64,000 nt of DNA from an uncultured delta proteobacterium (GTDB lineage: Bacteria > Desulfobacterota > Desulfobacteria > Desulfobacterales > JAFDCJ01), in assembly GCA_963769935.1 (NCBI GenBank), contig CAVYNY010000003.1:32001-96000 (forward strand). The letters run 5' to 3'. Positions 38,772 to 49,082 of this stretch are shown piece after piece (the stretch's first letter is position 1; each line of letters begins with the position of its first letter). The translations under genes and the position numbers were made by a program. Below the pieces are notes generated by a model. It saw only the letters and a program-made list of their open reading frames with translations, made no database searches and was not told the DNA's origin.

Positions 38772-39668
38772 TTGGAAAATAGCTTGTTAAGAAGCAAAAC
38801 AAAACTGACCACCCTGGATTTCATCCTTTCGCTGCTGCTGCTGCTGGCTATAATTTATATTGTCTATAAAATCAAAATCGGTCTGAGCTACAAATGGGAC
38901 TGGAGCGCCATCCCCCAGTATTTTTATCGTTACGACCCTGCGGAAAAAAAGTGGGTGTCGAACATCCTCATGCAGGGATTTCTAACCACCATCCGTCTGA
39001 GCTTCTGGGCGACAATCCTGGCGACTTTTGTCGGAACCCTGATGGGACTTTTTCGGGTGAGTCGAAGCTTGTTCCGCAGGCTGATAGGCGGCACTTATGT
39101 CGAATTGATTCGCAACCTGCCGCCTCTGGTGATCATCTTCATTTTTTACTTCTTCGTGGGTGACCAGATTCTTCCGGTTTTCGGTATGGAGGAACTCATT
39201 CGCAACAGCAGTGAAAGCACCCAGCAGATCGTCACCGTGCTTTTTGCCAAGCCGTCTCTTTTGACGGCCTTCCTGTCGGCCCTGGTAACCCTTTCCATTT
39301 TTGAAGGAGCTTATATTACCGAGATCGTCCGGGCCGGAATTCAGTCAATTGAAAAGGGCCAGTGGGAGGCCTGCGCCGCGCTGGGTTTCACGAGATGGCA
39401 GCAAATGCGCCATGTCATCCTGCCCCAGGCGGTCCAACGTATTTTGCCGCCCCTAGCCGGCCAGTTTATCTCGACAATCAAAGATTCCGCCATCGTCTCC
39501 GTCATTTCGATTCAGGAATTGACCTTTCAGGGAATGGAGCTGATGTCGACCACCTACTTAACATTTGAAATCTGGATCACAATTACCGTCATGTATCTGA
39601 TCCTGACCTTATCCTGCTCGCTGGCAGTCGAACGCCTTGAAATCTATATGCGTAAAAATTCGGTGTAA
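38772..39668 (+). CDS. Polar amino acid ABC transporter permease
   Basis: IRNLPPLV, TEIVRAG...GQWEA, VILPQA, KDSAI. Confidence 0.93.
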   Translation: MENSLLRSKTKLTTLDFILSLLLLLAIIYIVYKIKIGLSYKWDWSAIPQYFYRYDPAEKKWVSNILMQGFLTTIRLSFWATILATFVGTLMGLFRVSRSLFRRLIGGTYVELIRNLPPLVIIFIFYFFVGDQILPVFGMEELIRNSSESTQQIVTVLFAKPSLLTAFLSALVTLSIFEGAYITEIVRAGIQSIEKGQWEACAALGFTRWQQMRHVILPQAVQRILPPLAGQFISTIKDSAIVSVISIQELTFQGMELMSTTYLTFEIWITITVMYLILTLSCSLAVERLEIYMRKNSV

Positions 39669-39676
39669 TGTGGTAT

Positions 39677-40069
39677 CTACTTCACCGATACCACCGGGCA
39701 TCCGGCCTGCAGAATAACATACTGCGCGGTTGAACCCATCAAGAGTTTGCCTACTTTTGACCTGCGTTTGACACCGACGATGATTTCATCCGCGTCGTTT
39801 TCTTTGGCAAACTCGACGAGGTCTTCTCCCGGAGCCATCCCTCTGATCAACAGATGGATATTACATTCAATATTGTTTTCATCAAACAGGGATTTAGCCC
39901 ATTCCAGACCGCGCTCGGCCTGTTCAATGTCCTCGCGTTGATCTTCGGTGCCCTTTTCCATGGAGGTGACCACATCCACGGTAGCCCCAAATGTTTCAGC
40001 ATGGATCTTTGCCAGGTTTAACGCTTCTTTTGCCGCACCCGTTCCGTCATAGCCGATTAAAATTTTCAT
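39677..40069 (-). CDS. Universal stress protein
   Basis: KILIGYDG, IIVG...GSTAQYVILQAGCPVVSV. Confidence 0.93.
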   Translation of the reverse strand: MKILIGYDGTGAAKEALNLAKIHAETFGATVDVVTSMEKGTEDQREDIEQAERGLEWAKSLFDENNIECNIHLLIRGMAPGEDLVEFAKENDADEIIVGVKRRSKVGKLLMGSTAQYVILQAGCPVVSVK

Positions 40070-40391
40070 GGTGATCTCCCCATTCGTGTTCTTTAAAATT
40101 AGAAATGAATTTCAGATAATTCTGTCATTTTCTTGTTACGGATTCTTATACCACACAGGACGCCAAAGTGCTACTAAATTAGAATGAAATCTTCTTTTCC
40201 AATCAAACCGGCCGCTACGGCAGCCAGCCTAAAAATAGGATGATAAATTTAAGGGGATACCCGAAAAAACCCATTTATTGTGCTGAAATCATATCCATTA
40301 CACAACAGAGTGTGTTTTCACGTGAAACCTAATTGAGCCGTTGAATATGAAATAGCCTGCAGAGCACCATCGCCGGCGAAACTGAAATTCT

Positions 40392-41081
40392 TCAAGTAAA
40401 ACCTGAAATGACGATGATTGACCGCTGCAAATTAAGAAACGGCAGATGGTAGTTCTCCAAAAAAATCCCGGGACCATGACCGGCGGCTGCAGTCCTTTCG
40501 CCGCAAAGATAACTCTGCAAATCATTCAGTTCATTTTTAGGCACCGCCCCCTTTAACGCGATAATGATACCGCCGGGTGCGAGCAAGGGTTTTGCCAGGC
40601 AAGTAAAGGTCGGTAAAGCGGATAAGGCGCGGCTGATGATAACATCAAATCGGTTGCGGTAATGGGTATCGACGGTGAGGTTTTCCGCCCGCATCTGGAG
40701 TGCTTCAATATGCTCCAGTTTGAGGGTCCGAATGACATGCTTTAAAAAGTTGATCTTCTTGCGGGAAGTATCGATCAGGGTGACGGTTAACCCAGACATG
40801 AGAATTTTAAGGGGTATACCAGGAAAACCGCCGCCGGAGCCGATATCCAGCACGGTTGCATGCGGGGGTATATGATGCGCCGCGGGCAGGGAATCCAAAA
40901 AATGCTTGACAGCGACTTCCCCGGGGTCGGTGATAGCCGTAATATTGAACGTCTTGTTCCAGTGCATCAGTTCCCGGGCGTGTACGGCAAACTGCCGGGT
41001 TTGATCGGAATTAAGCTCGATATCTAAGGTACGCGCACCGTCAACAATCAGGTCCGACCACTCTTTTGAGCCGAATTGCAT
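40392..41081 (-). CDS. rsmG: 16S rRNA m7G527 methyltransferase
   Basis: WNKTFNITAI, HFLDSL, LDIGSGGGFPGIPL, ISRA, LKG. Confidence 0.93.
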   Translation of the reverse strand: MQFGSKEWSDLIVDGARTLDIELNSDQTRQFAVHARELMHWNKTFNITAITDPGEVAVKHFLDSLPAAHHIPPHATVLDIGSGGGFPGIPLKILMSGLTVTLIDTSRKKINFLKHVIRTLKLEHIEALQMRAENLTVDTHYRNRFDVIISRALSALPTFTCLAKPLLAPGGIIIALKGAVPKNELNDLQSYLCGERTAAAGHGPGIFLENYHLPFLNLQRSIIVISGFT

Positions 41082-41090
41082 AACAACAAC

Positions 41091-41215
41091 ATTGAATATT
41101 TTCGAATGAATATTGAATATTTAAGGTCCGCCACCGGCGAATCAATTTAAAAAAAACTTTTAAAAAAATGACGGAGCGCAGCGACTTCCAGAAATATTCA
41201 ATTTTCAATATTCAT
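41091..41215. repeat. Element bounded by inverted heptamer arrays (attgaat)n / (attcaat)n
   Basis: Internal ggagcgcagcgacttcc (41173-41189) is close to the reverse complement of the core at 29073-29088. Confidence 0.7.
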
Positions 41216-41230
41216 TAGCCAATTTATGTA

Positions 41231-43597
41231 CTAGTTAATACACACCCGCCGCACTTCCTCCAGATCGGTATGTCCCTGTAGAACTTTTAGAATTCCGTCT
41301 TGTTTCAGCGTCAACATGCCTTCCTTCATGGCCTGTTCAAAGAGCTGTTCGGTATTGGCCTGTTTTTTTATCATCAATTTAATCGGGGGGGTTCCTTCCA
41401 TTAATTCATGTATACCCATGCGCCCGCGGTATCCGGTACCGGAACAATTCTCGCAGCCCTCGTGCTCAAATACCGTCATCTCTTGGTTATATTCGATACC
41501 GGTGTGGGCAAAATGCCGTTTTCCGTACTCCGCCACAATCTTTTCAAATTCCTCTTCGGTCAGCGGGTGTTCGGCGCGGCAGTTGCTGCACAGCCTTCGC
41601 GTCAGCCGCTGGGCCAATACACCCAGGAAGGCATCTGAAAAATTGAGCGGATTCAGGCCCATGTCAAGCAGACGGGTAATGGTTTCGGGGGCGCTGTTGG
41701 TATGCAAAGTCGAGAATACCAGATGGCCGGTGAGCGATGCCTCGATACCAATGGAGGCGGTTTCTTCATCGCGCATTTCACCGATCATGATAATATCCGG
41801 GTCGGCCCGCAGGAAGGCCCGCATCATCCTGGCAAAATCAAGTCCGATTTTAGGCCGCACCTCGGTCTGTCTCAGACCGGGCTGGGTGATTTCAATGGGA
41901 TCTTCGGCCGTCCAGATCTTGACACCGGGCTTGTTGATATGGCCTAAGATGGCATGCAGGGAAGTTGTTTTACCGGAACCGGTGGGCCCGACCGCCAGTA
42001 TCAGTCCGTAGGGTATTTTAATAATTTTTTTCATCACCGTCAGGTTCCGTTGGATCAGTCCCATTTCATCGATCGCCATGGCGCCGGCCGAGGCCAGAAT
42101 TCGCATGACCACGTCTTCGAAACCGCCGGCGGTCGGCAAGGTGGCGACACGCAGTTCGAAGGTCGGCACGCCTTTGCGCCGGAATTTGATCTTGCCGTCC
42201 TGGGGCAGGCGCCTTTCGGCGATATCAAGATTGGACATAATTTTTATTCTGGAAACAATGCCCCGGACCATGGCATTGGGAACCTTCATGTATTCCTGAC
42301 AAACACCGTCCATCCGGAAACGGATGGTTGTGGCTTTGCTGACGGATGAGGGTTCAATATGGATATCGGAAGCATTTTTGCGGTAGGCGGCAATGATACA
42401 CTGATCCACCAGTTTGACGACCTGGCTGGAGGTCTCATCGGCTTCATCGACCCTTATTTCTTCATCTTCCTCTTCAAATTCCACATCCGGCAGCATGTCA
42501 AAATCATCCAGCGCATCATCCACCGATTGCACATTGGCCGCGGCCTGTTGGTTCTGATCGAAGAAAAACCGGATGAATTCCTGGATGTCTTCCCGGATGG
42601 CGACTGAAAAATTGATTTTGCCCGTCTTCATCAGGGTTTTGATATTGTCGGTCTTGTTTAAATCTCTGGGATCATCGACCAGAACCTCCACGCCCTCTTT
42701 ACTCCAGCTCAGGGGTATCCACATTTCATTGAGCAAAAAGGCTTTTTTGAGATTGCGTAAAAGTTCGACCGGAACGATGGTTGCAGGATCGAAGGCTCTG
42801 AAAGGACAGCCGTAAAAAAGGGCAAAGGATTTTCCCAGAGCATCTTTTTTGACATGGAAATGCTCGAGCAGCACGAACTCCACGCTTTTGTTCATCTTCT
42901 TTGACAGCGCAAAAGCCTGTTGCAGCTTGTCGGTTGTAACCATATTTTCGCGCAGGAGATAGTCGTACTTTGAACCGGAAGCGAAAGTGGCGGCAATCGA
43001 ATCCAGCCGTTTTTGGATCTCTTTATCTTTTGGATCCAGCTGAGCGGCATTCCGATAAAGATCATGGGCCTGATCTCGATAATCTCTTCTTTCCAATTCC
43101 TCGCCGAGCAAGAATTTGATGCGGGCCAGGTTCTGAGATTTTATTTTTTTGCCTTCGATAACCTTTTCAAATTCCTCAACCGCCTTGGCCGGAGAATGTA
43201 CTTTTAAAAGGCTTTCCGTCATCTTAGGGACTATTTTTTCAATAGGGTAATCCTCACTGAATAATTTTACATACTCGGCCACGGCCTCTCCGTGAAGGCC
43301 CATTTCCTGGAAGGCGGAGGCACTGTCAAGAATTTCGGTGACATCTCCCTGACTGGAGAACGTTTTTTTGAACATCGAAATATCTTTGGCCGATACCTCT
43401 TTCGTTTTCTTCGTTTCCGTATCGGAGATCTCTTTTTTGAGCAAATTAATCCGCTTTTGGATTTTATCCTGGGTCTGAGAATCCTGCGGGGAAACAATCG
43501 ACAGAATGCTCTCATAAATACTCAGCGAATCGCCGTATAATCCCATGGATCGGCAAACTTCAGCTTCATTTATTCTGGATTCGATATCGGTTCTCAT
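41231..43597 (-). CDS. GspE/PilB-family secretion/pilus assembly ATPase with an N-terminal TPR region
   Basis: ASDIHIEP, ERRLPQDG, GPTGSGKTT, AEDPIE, GEMRD, STLHTN, Zn Cys pairs; N-terminal TPR-like helices. Confidence 0.92.
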   Translation of the reverse strand: MRTDIESRINEAEVCRSMGLYGDSLSIYESILSIVSPQDSQTQDKIQKRINLLKKEISDTETKKTKEVSAKDISMFKKTFSSQGDVTEILDSASAFQEMGLHGEAVAEYVKLFSEDYPIEKIVPKMTESLLKVHSPAKAVEEFEKVIEGKKIKSQNLARIKFLLGEELERRDYRDQAHDLYRNAAQLDPKDKEIQKRLDSIAATFASGSKYDYLLRENMVTTDKLQQAFALSKKMNKSVEFVLLEHFHVKKDALGKSFALFYGCPFRAFDPATIVPVELLRNLKKAFLLNEMWIPLSWSKEGVEVLVDDPRDLNKTDNIKTLMKTGKINFSVAIREDIQEFIRFFFDQNQQAAANVQSVDDALDDFDMLPDVEFEEEDEEIRVDEADETSSQVVKLVDQCIIAAYRKNASDIHIEPSSVSKATTIRFRMDGVCQEYMKVPNAMVRGIVSRIKIMSNLDIAERRLPQDGKIKFRRKGVPTFELRVATLPTAGGFEDVVMRILASAGAMAIDEMGLIQRNLTVMKKIIKIPYGLILAVGPTGSGKTTSLHAILGHINKPGVKIWTAEDPIEITQPGLRQTEVRPKIGLDFARMMRAFLRADPDIIMIGEMRDEETASIGIEASLTGHLVFSTLHTNSAPETITRLLDMGLNPLNFSDAFLGVLAQRLTRRLCSNCRAEHPLTEEEFEKIVAEYGKRHFAHTGIEYNQEMTVFEHEGCENCSGTGYRGRMGIHELMEGTPPIKLMIKKQANTEQLFEQAMKEGMLTLKQDGILKVLQGHTDLEEVRRVCIN

Positions 43598-43659
43598 ATC
43601 CTTGCTAAACCTCTTATTCCATCTATCGGCCGCTTAACAGATGTCTTTAAATCATTTTA

Positions 43660-44007
43660 TTATTTCTTGAAAAATCTTCGGATCCCCTTCGGTTTTTTGG
43701 CAGGCGTCAACGACGGCAACACGATATCGCATTGCAGCCGAATCATGGCAATTGGAACAAACGGTCCAATTAATAACACCAAATAGCCTATATCATTGCG
43801 GCGAATATAAAGACGCCCTTTTTCGAAAATCAGATCCGCTTCGCGCATGCCGGTCAGCGATTCGATAAACAGACTCCAGTCCCTATTCACGATATCCTCG
43901 AGCCCGGCCTGCAGAGAGTTCTTGAATACAAGATCACCGGCATAAGAGAACAACATCAGACCCCTTACACCTTCCATACTCAAAATATCATCGAACACTT
44001 CTTGCAT
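43660..44007 (-). CDS. Roadblock/LC7-like small protein
   Basis: DILSMEGVRGLMLFSYAGDLV start and an alpha/beta roadblock-like pattern. Confidence 0.6.
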   Translation of the reverse strand: MQEVFDDILSMEGVRGLMLFSYAGDLVFKNSLQAGLEDIVNRDWSLFIESLTGMREADLIFEKGRLYIRRNDIGYLVLLIGPFVPIAMIRLQCDIVLPSLTPAKKPKGIRRFFKK

Positions 44008-44051
44008 ACCTGTTTTCCAGAAGAAGACTTAAACCGGTATTATGTCTTATT

Positions 44052-45062
44052 TCAGATGCTCAATATCTGTAGGAGTTTATCCCGCGGACATTTGGGATTA
44101 ACCGCGATCACGGTTGTTTTCTCTCCGGGCATTACGATGTAATCCGTGGCATCGCCTTTATCAATGTAGCCCAGCACCAATTTTCCGATATTTAAATATT
44201 CTCCGGTACCGGATAATTGAAAAACACGCCTGTCCCAGGCGTCGTCTTGATAGATATCCTCCAAACCGCAGGCCGGCCCGACATCTCTCTCGATAATTTC
44301 CTTGAGGCTTTTGATAAATGTTCCCGGCTCCGGTTTAAAGGACGCTGCCTCCTCCCTGACCGATGACGGAGCGGGTTCGCGGACTTCTTCGTCCTTGCGC
44401 CTCGCTGCTTCAAGAATCAAGTGCGGCATCTCGCTGTGAATTCGTTTCTCTTTCAGCGCGCAGCCGTTTTGAATGGATAGATTGACCTGGTCCCAGGAAA
44501 ATATTTCATAAGCTGCATTTTCACCCTGCAACTCGTTTACCCTCGCATCCAGCAGTTCGCCTTCATGGAAAAAGAGAATACCCTTTTTACCCGTAAATTT
44601 GTCATCCAGTCGGATGGTACATGTTTTTTGCTCCATTCCCACCAGTTGCAGAAACATCCCCGAGGACACATTATGCAATGTTCCACCTTCGGATTCTTTC
44701 CGCAAGGTGGTCATGATTTGCCGGGCCAGATTTTCTATCAGGAACGGTTTGGCGATGTAGCCGACTGCCCCGCCTTCACGCGCCAGATGCTCCATTTCAG
44801 GGGTACTGTATCCGGTGATGATAATGACCGGAATATCCGGGTAATACTCCATGATATGGGCCAGAAGCTCGAAACCATCCATTCCGGGCATTTTCAAATC
44901 CGTGACAACCAGTGAGATGACGCTTTTTTTTAAACTCTCCACAGCCTTGAGCCCATCGGAAGCCAGTTGTACCGCAAAGGAATCGCGGTATTTCACAAAG
45001 CCTTCTTTCAGAGCAAGCAGCATCTCGTGGTCGTCGTCCACCAGCAGAACATTTTTAATCAT
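44052..45062 (-). CDS. Response regulator with a DUF4388 (PATAN-like) domain
   Basis: LLVDDD, TDLKMPGMDG, AKPF; FLQLVGMEQKTCTI...GILFFHEGELLDA. Confidence 0.9.
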   Translation of the reverse strand: MIKNVLLVDDDHEMLLALKEGFVKYRDSFAVQLASDGLKAVESLKKSVISLVVTDLKMPGMDGFELLAHIMEYYPDIPVIIITGYSTPEMEHLAREGGAVGYIAKPFLIENLARQIMTTLRKESEGGTLHNVSSGMFLQLVGMEQKTCTIRLDDKFTGKKGILFFHEGELLDARVNELQGENAAYEIFSWDQVNLSIQNGCALKEKRIHSEMPHLILEAARRKDEEVREPAPSSVREEAASFKPEPGTFIKSLKEIIERDVGPACGLEDIYQDDAWDRRVFQLSGTGEYLNIGKLVLGYIDKGDATDYIVMPGEKTTVIAVNPKCPRDKLLQILSI

Positions 45063-46120
45063 GAGGGGCCCTCTTTTTTCCTGGCCCAGGAGGCCTTTTC
45101 AATATCAACGATCCGTACCCCGGCCACATAATCCATGACGGCATATTTCTTTATGTTGCTAATCTTCTTAGCTATATCATTCATTTTGTTAATCTGGTCA
45201 TGGATCTTTGCAAGCTTGGGAAATAAGGAATCATCCGAATTCTGCTGATCCATAACCTCCCGCAACAGATTGTTAACAATGGTTAGCGGCTGATTCAAAC
45301 TATGGGCAACACCACCGGCCATTTCAAGGACACCTTGAAACTTTTTATCGATATTGTGTTTTTTTTGCTGGGTGACGATTTCGCTGACATCGCGGGCGAT
45401 GCACTTGATATGGTGGGGACGGCCGTCATCCCTGACCAGGTAAGCACGCCAATCCAGGTGAAGTTGCTTTGAATTGCTGTCAATGACAGCCAGGATCGTT
45501 TCATTGCGGCCGATTTTCAGTATATCTGAAAGGAAAATAAAAAAAAACTCTCTGTCTTCCGCCAAAAAGAAATCGGATACGGGCTGGCCCAGTATTTTTT
45601 CCCTGCTAAAACCCAGCAATTGCGTGCCGGCTCGGTTGATATCTATTAATTCACCCTTCAAATCAATAATAATAACAATATCTTGCATATCATCAGCAAT
45701 TCCATCCAATTGCGGGATAGGCTTCTCGCTTGCGGTCCGGCCGGTGATATCCCTCAGGAATCCATCCAAATGAACCACCAACCCATCGTCATCCAGGACA
45801 ACTTTGGCCGTCACCGCGCATAATATGGGTGTTCCGTCTTTCATTTTACAGGTAATCGGCAGATCAAAAAGACTTCCACGCTGCAAAATGGAATGAATGA
45901 AAATGCCCCTGTCTTTCTTGTTGCGATACAATTCTATAACCGGATAATTAATCAGCTCCTCGGCGGAATCAAAGCCGAATGTCCGGGCAAAGGCCTTATT
46001 GCAGTAAACCAGTTTGCCTTCAAGCGTGGTGCGATAAATAGCGGCGGGGATGCCGTCAAAAAATTCAGCAAATCCCCTGCCCGAGATACCGTAGTCACTG
46101 ATTGATGGAATATTGGTCAT
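45059..46120 (-). CDS. PAS-PAS protein with a HisKA-like H-box but no ATPase domain
   Basis: Two PAS domains; EMAGGVAHSLNQPLT near the C-terminus. Confidence 0.85.
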   Translation of the reverse strand: MTNIPSISDYGISGRGFAEFFDGIPAAIYRTTLEGKLVYCNKAFARTFGFDSAEELINYPVIELYRNKKDRGIFIHSILQRGSLFDLPITCKMKDGTPILCAVTAKVVLDDDGLVVHLDGFLRDITGRTASEKPIPQLDGIADDMQDIVIIIDLKGELIDINRAGTQLLGFSREKILGQPVSDFFLAEDREFFFIFLSDILKIGRNETILAVIDSNSKQLHLDWRAYLVRDDGRPHHIKCIARDVSEIVTQQKKHNIDKKFQGVLEMAGGVAHSLNQPLTIVNNLLREVMDQQNSDDSLFPKLAKIHDQINKMNDIAKKISNIKKYAVMDYVAGVRIVDIEKASWARKKEGPS

Positions 46121-47106
46121 GCTTCCAATTTAATACTGAAATTCTCCAGTTGCTTTGCATATTTTTCAGACCATTTGCGGGAATTTTCCATGAGCTGCGG
46201 GATCAGTCCGAGTTCCTGCGACAACTGAGTCACAGAGGTCAGGACACCGTCGATCAGTTCTTTGTCACCGGCGGCGCCTGTAAAGATGAGCCGACCATCA
46301 CTGTATTCAAATTCCCCGGCAAAAGGATCCAGAAATGCATATTGGTCTGCATTTTCCACAAACTTCTTCTTTAGTATTTTATTAAAATCGATCTTCAGTT
46401 TCTTTTTCTCAGAGACGGTTTTTTCAAATATTTTCAAAAAATCCTCCAGCATGGTCAATATATTTTGGGAGGGCCTGGCAAAAGAAGCGCTCCCTTCTTC
46501 TTCCATTTTCATTTTTGAGAGAGGTATGCGACAGACATTGAAAGTGCCGCCTTGTTCCTTGGTTTTCCTGATCAGCGTATCCTGGCTCTTTCTGGTAGGA
46601 CCGGGTTCACCGTTTTCCCAGGTGAAGGGACCTCCCATGATTTTGCCGTTAATAATGAATATCAACCCGCCTTCCCGGCCATTGCCAATGGCGACATCGA
46701 TATAGCCCGTCAATTTTTCCGAACTCATCTTACGGATGAGACCCTCCAGATCGGTAAATTCGGTACTGAGATCTTTGTATATTTTTTCAGCGGCCGGTAT
46801 GCTTGACCAGAAATAAACTTCATCCAAGGCGATTTTATAGACATTGACGATGAAATTATAATTTCTTCCGTCACTTATGATCCGATCAATGGCATCGGCG
46901 CCGAACAGTTCAAGATCCTTTTCTTGGTAAAAGGCATTCAACAAATCATCCTTGTCGAAAAAAATCACCCCTTCGGCGGCATGGCACTTGAAATAGACGC
47001 CGCCCGAGCCTATTTCTCCCTGATAATGCTCCAGCAATTTTTTTACATCGACATAGTAGATGTTCAGGTTTTCAATTACAGGTTTTTCTCTGGGAATGAT
47101 CACCAT
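46117..47106 (-). CDS. Hypothetical protein (tandem DUF4388-like repeats)
   Basis: Long ORF within the operon; repeated NL...VD..KLL / DLSTEFTDLEGLI...LTGYI pattern. Confidence 0.75.
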   Translation of the reverse strand: MVIIPREKPVIENLNIYYVDVKKLLEHYQGEIGSGGVYFKCHAAEGVIFFDKDDLLNAFYQEKDLELFGADAIDRIISDGRNYNFIVNVYKIALDEVYFWSSIPAAEKIYKDLSTEFTDLEGLIRKMSSEKLTGYIDVAIGNGREGGLIFIINGKIMGGPFTWENGEPGPTRKSQDTLIRKTKEQGGTFNVCRIPLSKMKMEEEGSASFARPSQNILTMLEDFLKIFEKTVSEKKKLKIDFNKILKKKFVENADQYAFLDPFAGEFEYSDGRLIFTGAAGDKELIDGVLTSVTQLSQELGLIPQLMENSRKWSEKYAKQLENFSIKLEA

Positions 47107-47264
47107 TTTTTATTGCCAAACTCCTGAATGCGATTGAGTCGACCGGATGCCGGTGCGGTTGGGCAAACAATTGCAGCAAACGCAAAGAAAGCGGATAGGA
47201 ACGAATTTGCCGCATCAGTTTGATCTTGGTCTTAAAATCTCGGGAAAAATGATGCTTGGGAATT

Positions 47265-48434
47265 TTATCGACGTCGGCGCAGCCGTTCGATGGAAAGTCG
47301 AATACTTTCCTGCATTCTGGCGATAGCGTCGGCCAGTTCTCCAATTTCATCCTTTGATTTTGTTTCAATTTCCATGCCGAGTTCACCCACACTGATACGA
47401 TCCGCAACCTCGGTCAATGATTTTATTTTACTGGTCAACCGATGACCATAGGTGAAAACAATCAGTCCGATAAGAAGAAGGGTCGCACCCAAAATGGCAA
47501 CGGTAATCATCTTCGCTCTATCGGTGAACGCCTTCGCAGCGGTCTCCATCATTCTTACCGGTCCGGTGAATTCGTCCATATAGGTGGTGGCGGCGATGAC
47601 AAAGCGCGTTCCGGTAATGGGTGTGCATACCATGAACTTGTCGCGAAAGGTGCCGTCTTTATTCTTCCAAGTGTAATAACCCTGGGATTTTTTACCCCCC
47701 TTAACCCCTGAGAAAACCCGCCAGAAACCTGGAAAATTTGCACCAAGGGAGGCCTTCAGCGAACTCATATCGATGGCGATTATTTTTGGATCGACATGGG
47801 CCCAGGTTCGCCAGACATCGTCGGAACCCGGCAGTTGATAAAGGGCGGTATATCCGGTCAGTCCCACCTTTTGCACGGCAATGGATTTAAATCCAATGTC
47901 CTGGTTGAAATCTTCTTTTTTCAGCTCCGGGTGGCTCAACAGGTATAGCTTGCATTCCATGGCCACCGCCGCGGATATGTCGGCAATTTTATCTTCCGCC
48001 ATACGATTAACAAATTTGGTGCTTTCGCCGGTCAGCAAATCCGTTGTGGTTTGAAGCTCACGCAGATAGAGCAAACTCGCACCTGCCATCAGCCCCATGG
48101 GGATTAATAGAAACAACAGCAGCATCTTGGTCCGCAGACCAATTCCCCCTGCTCTGCGCGGGCGCTGGATTGCGCTATCCTCGGCTGCCGGCATTACCGC
48201 GGCATCCGACACGGCCGTCGTTGCGCCGTCTTCAATTGAAGATGTAATCGACTCCAAAGTAGGTCGGGATTCAGGTGCAGGTTGCGGCGCAGCGGGCTCC
48301 GAAGCCGAAGGCTCCGGTTTCGACACCATAATGAGATGGGTACAAGTCCGGCACTTAAAACTGGCGGCCCTGCCTTTTATTTTCGTTGGATCAATGCGAT
48401 ATTTTTTCCCGCACTCTTCGCAGATAACAATCAT
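47265..48434 (-). CDS. Zinc-ribbon (MJ0042-like) + TM + Cache-like + HAMP membrane protein
   Basis: MIVICEECGKKY...CRTC, two TM helices, VGLTGY, and HAMP KDEIGELADAI at the C-terminus. Confidence 0.85.
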   Translation of the reverse strand: MIVICEECGKKYRIDPTKIKGRAASFKCRTCTHLIMVSKPEPSASEPAAPQPAPESRPTLESITSSIEDGATTAVSDAAVMPAAEDSAIQRPRRAGGIGLRTKMLLLFLLIPMGLMAGASLLYLRELQTTTDLLTGESTKFVNRMAEDKIADISAAVAMECKLYLLSHPELKKEDFNQDIGFKSIAVQKVGLTGYTALYQLPGSDDVWRTWAHVDPKIIAIDMSSLKASLGANFPGFWRVFSGVKGGKKSQGYYTWKNKDGTFRDKFMVCTPITGTRFVIAATTYMDEFTGPVRMMETAAKAFTDRAKMITVAILGATLLLIGLIVFTYGHRLTSKIKSLTEVADRISVGELGMEIETKSKDEIGELADAIARMQESIRLSIERLRRRR

Positions 48435-48552
48435 TCCGCTTACTCCTTAATCCTCGATGACGCTGTCAATATGCAGCTGGCTTAACAATACCTTGAATCG
48501 TCGGACGCTGGGTACGCGGCAAACCGGGGATTATCATTGCCGCCCGCATTTG

Positions 48553-49032
48553 CTAGCGAATCGGGTAGCCTTTTTGCAAAATTTTATTGGCCATATTCTC
48601 AATAAAGATCGCCTTTTTATCATCGCGTCTGATCTGGGCGGCAAGTCTGTCAATCAGTTCCGTTACGCGATATCCGGGAAATCGATCCACCTCATACCCC
48701 AGGTCATGAATTTCATCTTCAATCAAAACGCCGGCAATCGGGCCGGTGGCCAACGAGAGTTGAGCGACCAGGTAGCGAAAAAAATCTCCGTCCAGCATAA
48801 CAATATCTTTTTGCACCCTTTCGATGAGGCCGATCCCCAGTAGATTGGAAATCAGCTCTCGCAGGGTGCCCAGGTTGATTCCCGATTTTTCGGCTACCTG
48901 CCCCAGAGTCGCTTCGCCATTCAATTCCATGTAAACATTCAGCGTCTGGCGATTCAAAGAAAAATCCCCTAGCCCATTTGCAGCCGTCCGTCTGAATACC
49001 ATGGAAGATATATCGCCTGAAGATAAATCCAT
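48553..49032 (-). CDS. Hypothetical protein with an N-terminal winged-helix-like region
   Basis: ELNGEATLGQVAEKSG...LLGIGLIE; ATGPIA motif. Confidence 0.75.
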   Translation of the reverse strand: MDLSSGDISSMVFRRTAANGLGDFSLNRQTLNVYMELNGEATLGQVAEKSGINLGTLRELISNLLGIGLIERVQKDIVMLDGDFFRYLVAQLSLATGPIAGVLIEDEIHDLGYEVDRFPGYRVTELIDRLAAQIRRDDKKAIFIENMANKILQKGYPIR

Positions 49033-49082
49033 AAGATCACCCGAATTGGATCATTTTCAGCAAAAAATGACAATGCCTGACA

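Noticed and set aside
41316..42011. Long antisense ORFs (this one, 10020..10730, 57824..58606 and similar)
   Set aside because: They lie opposite well-supported genes and reflect codon bias.
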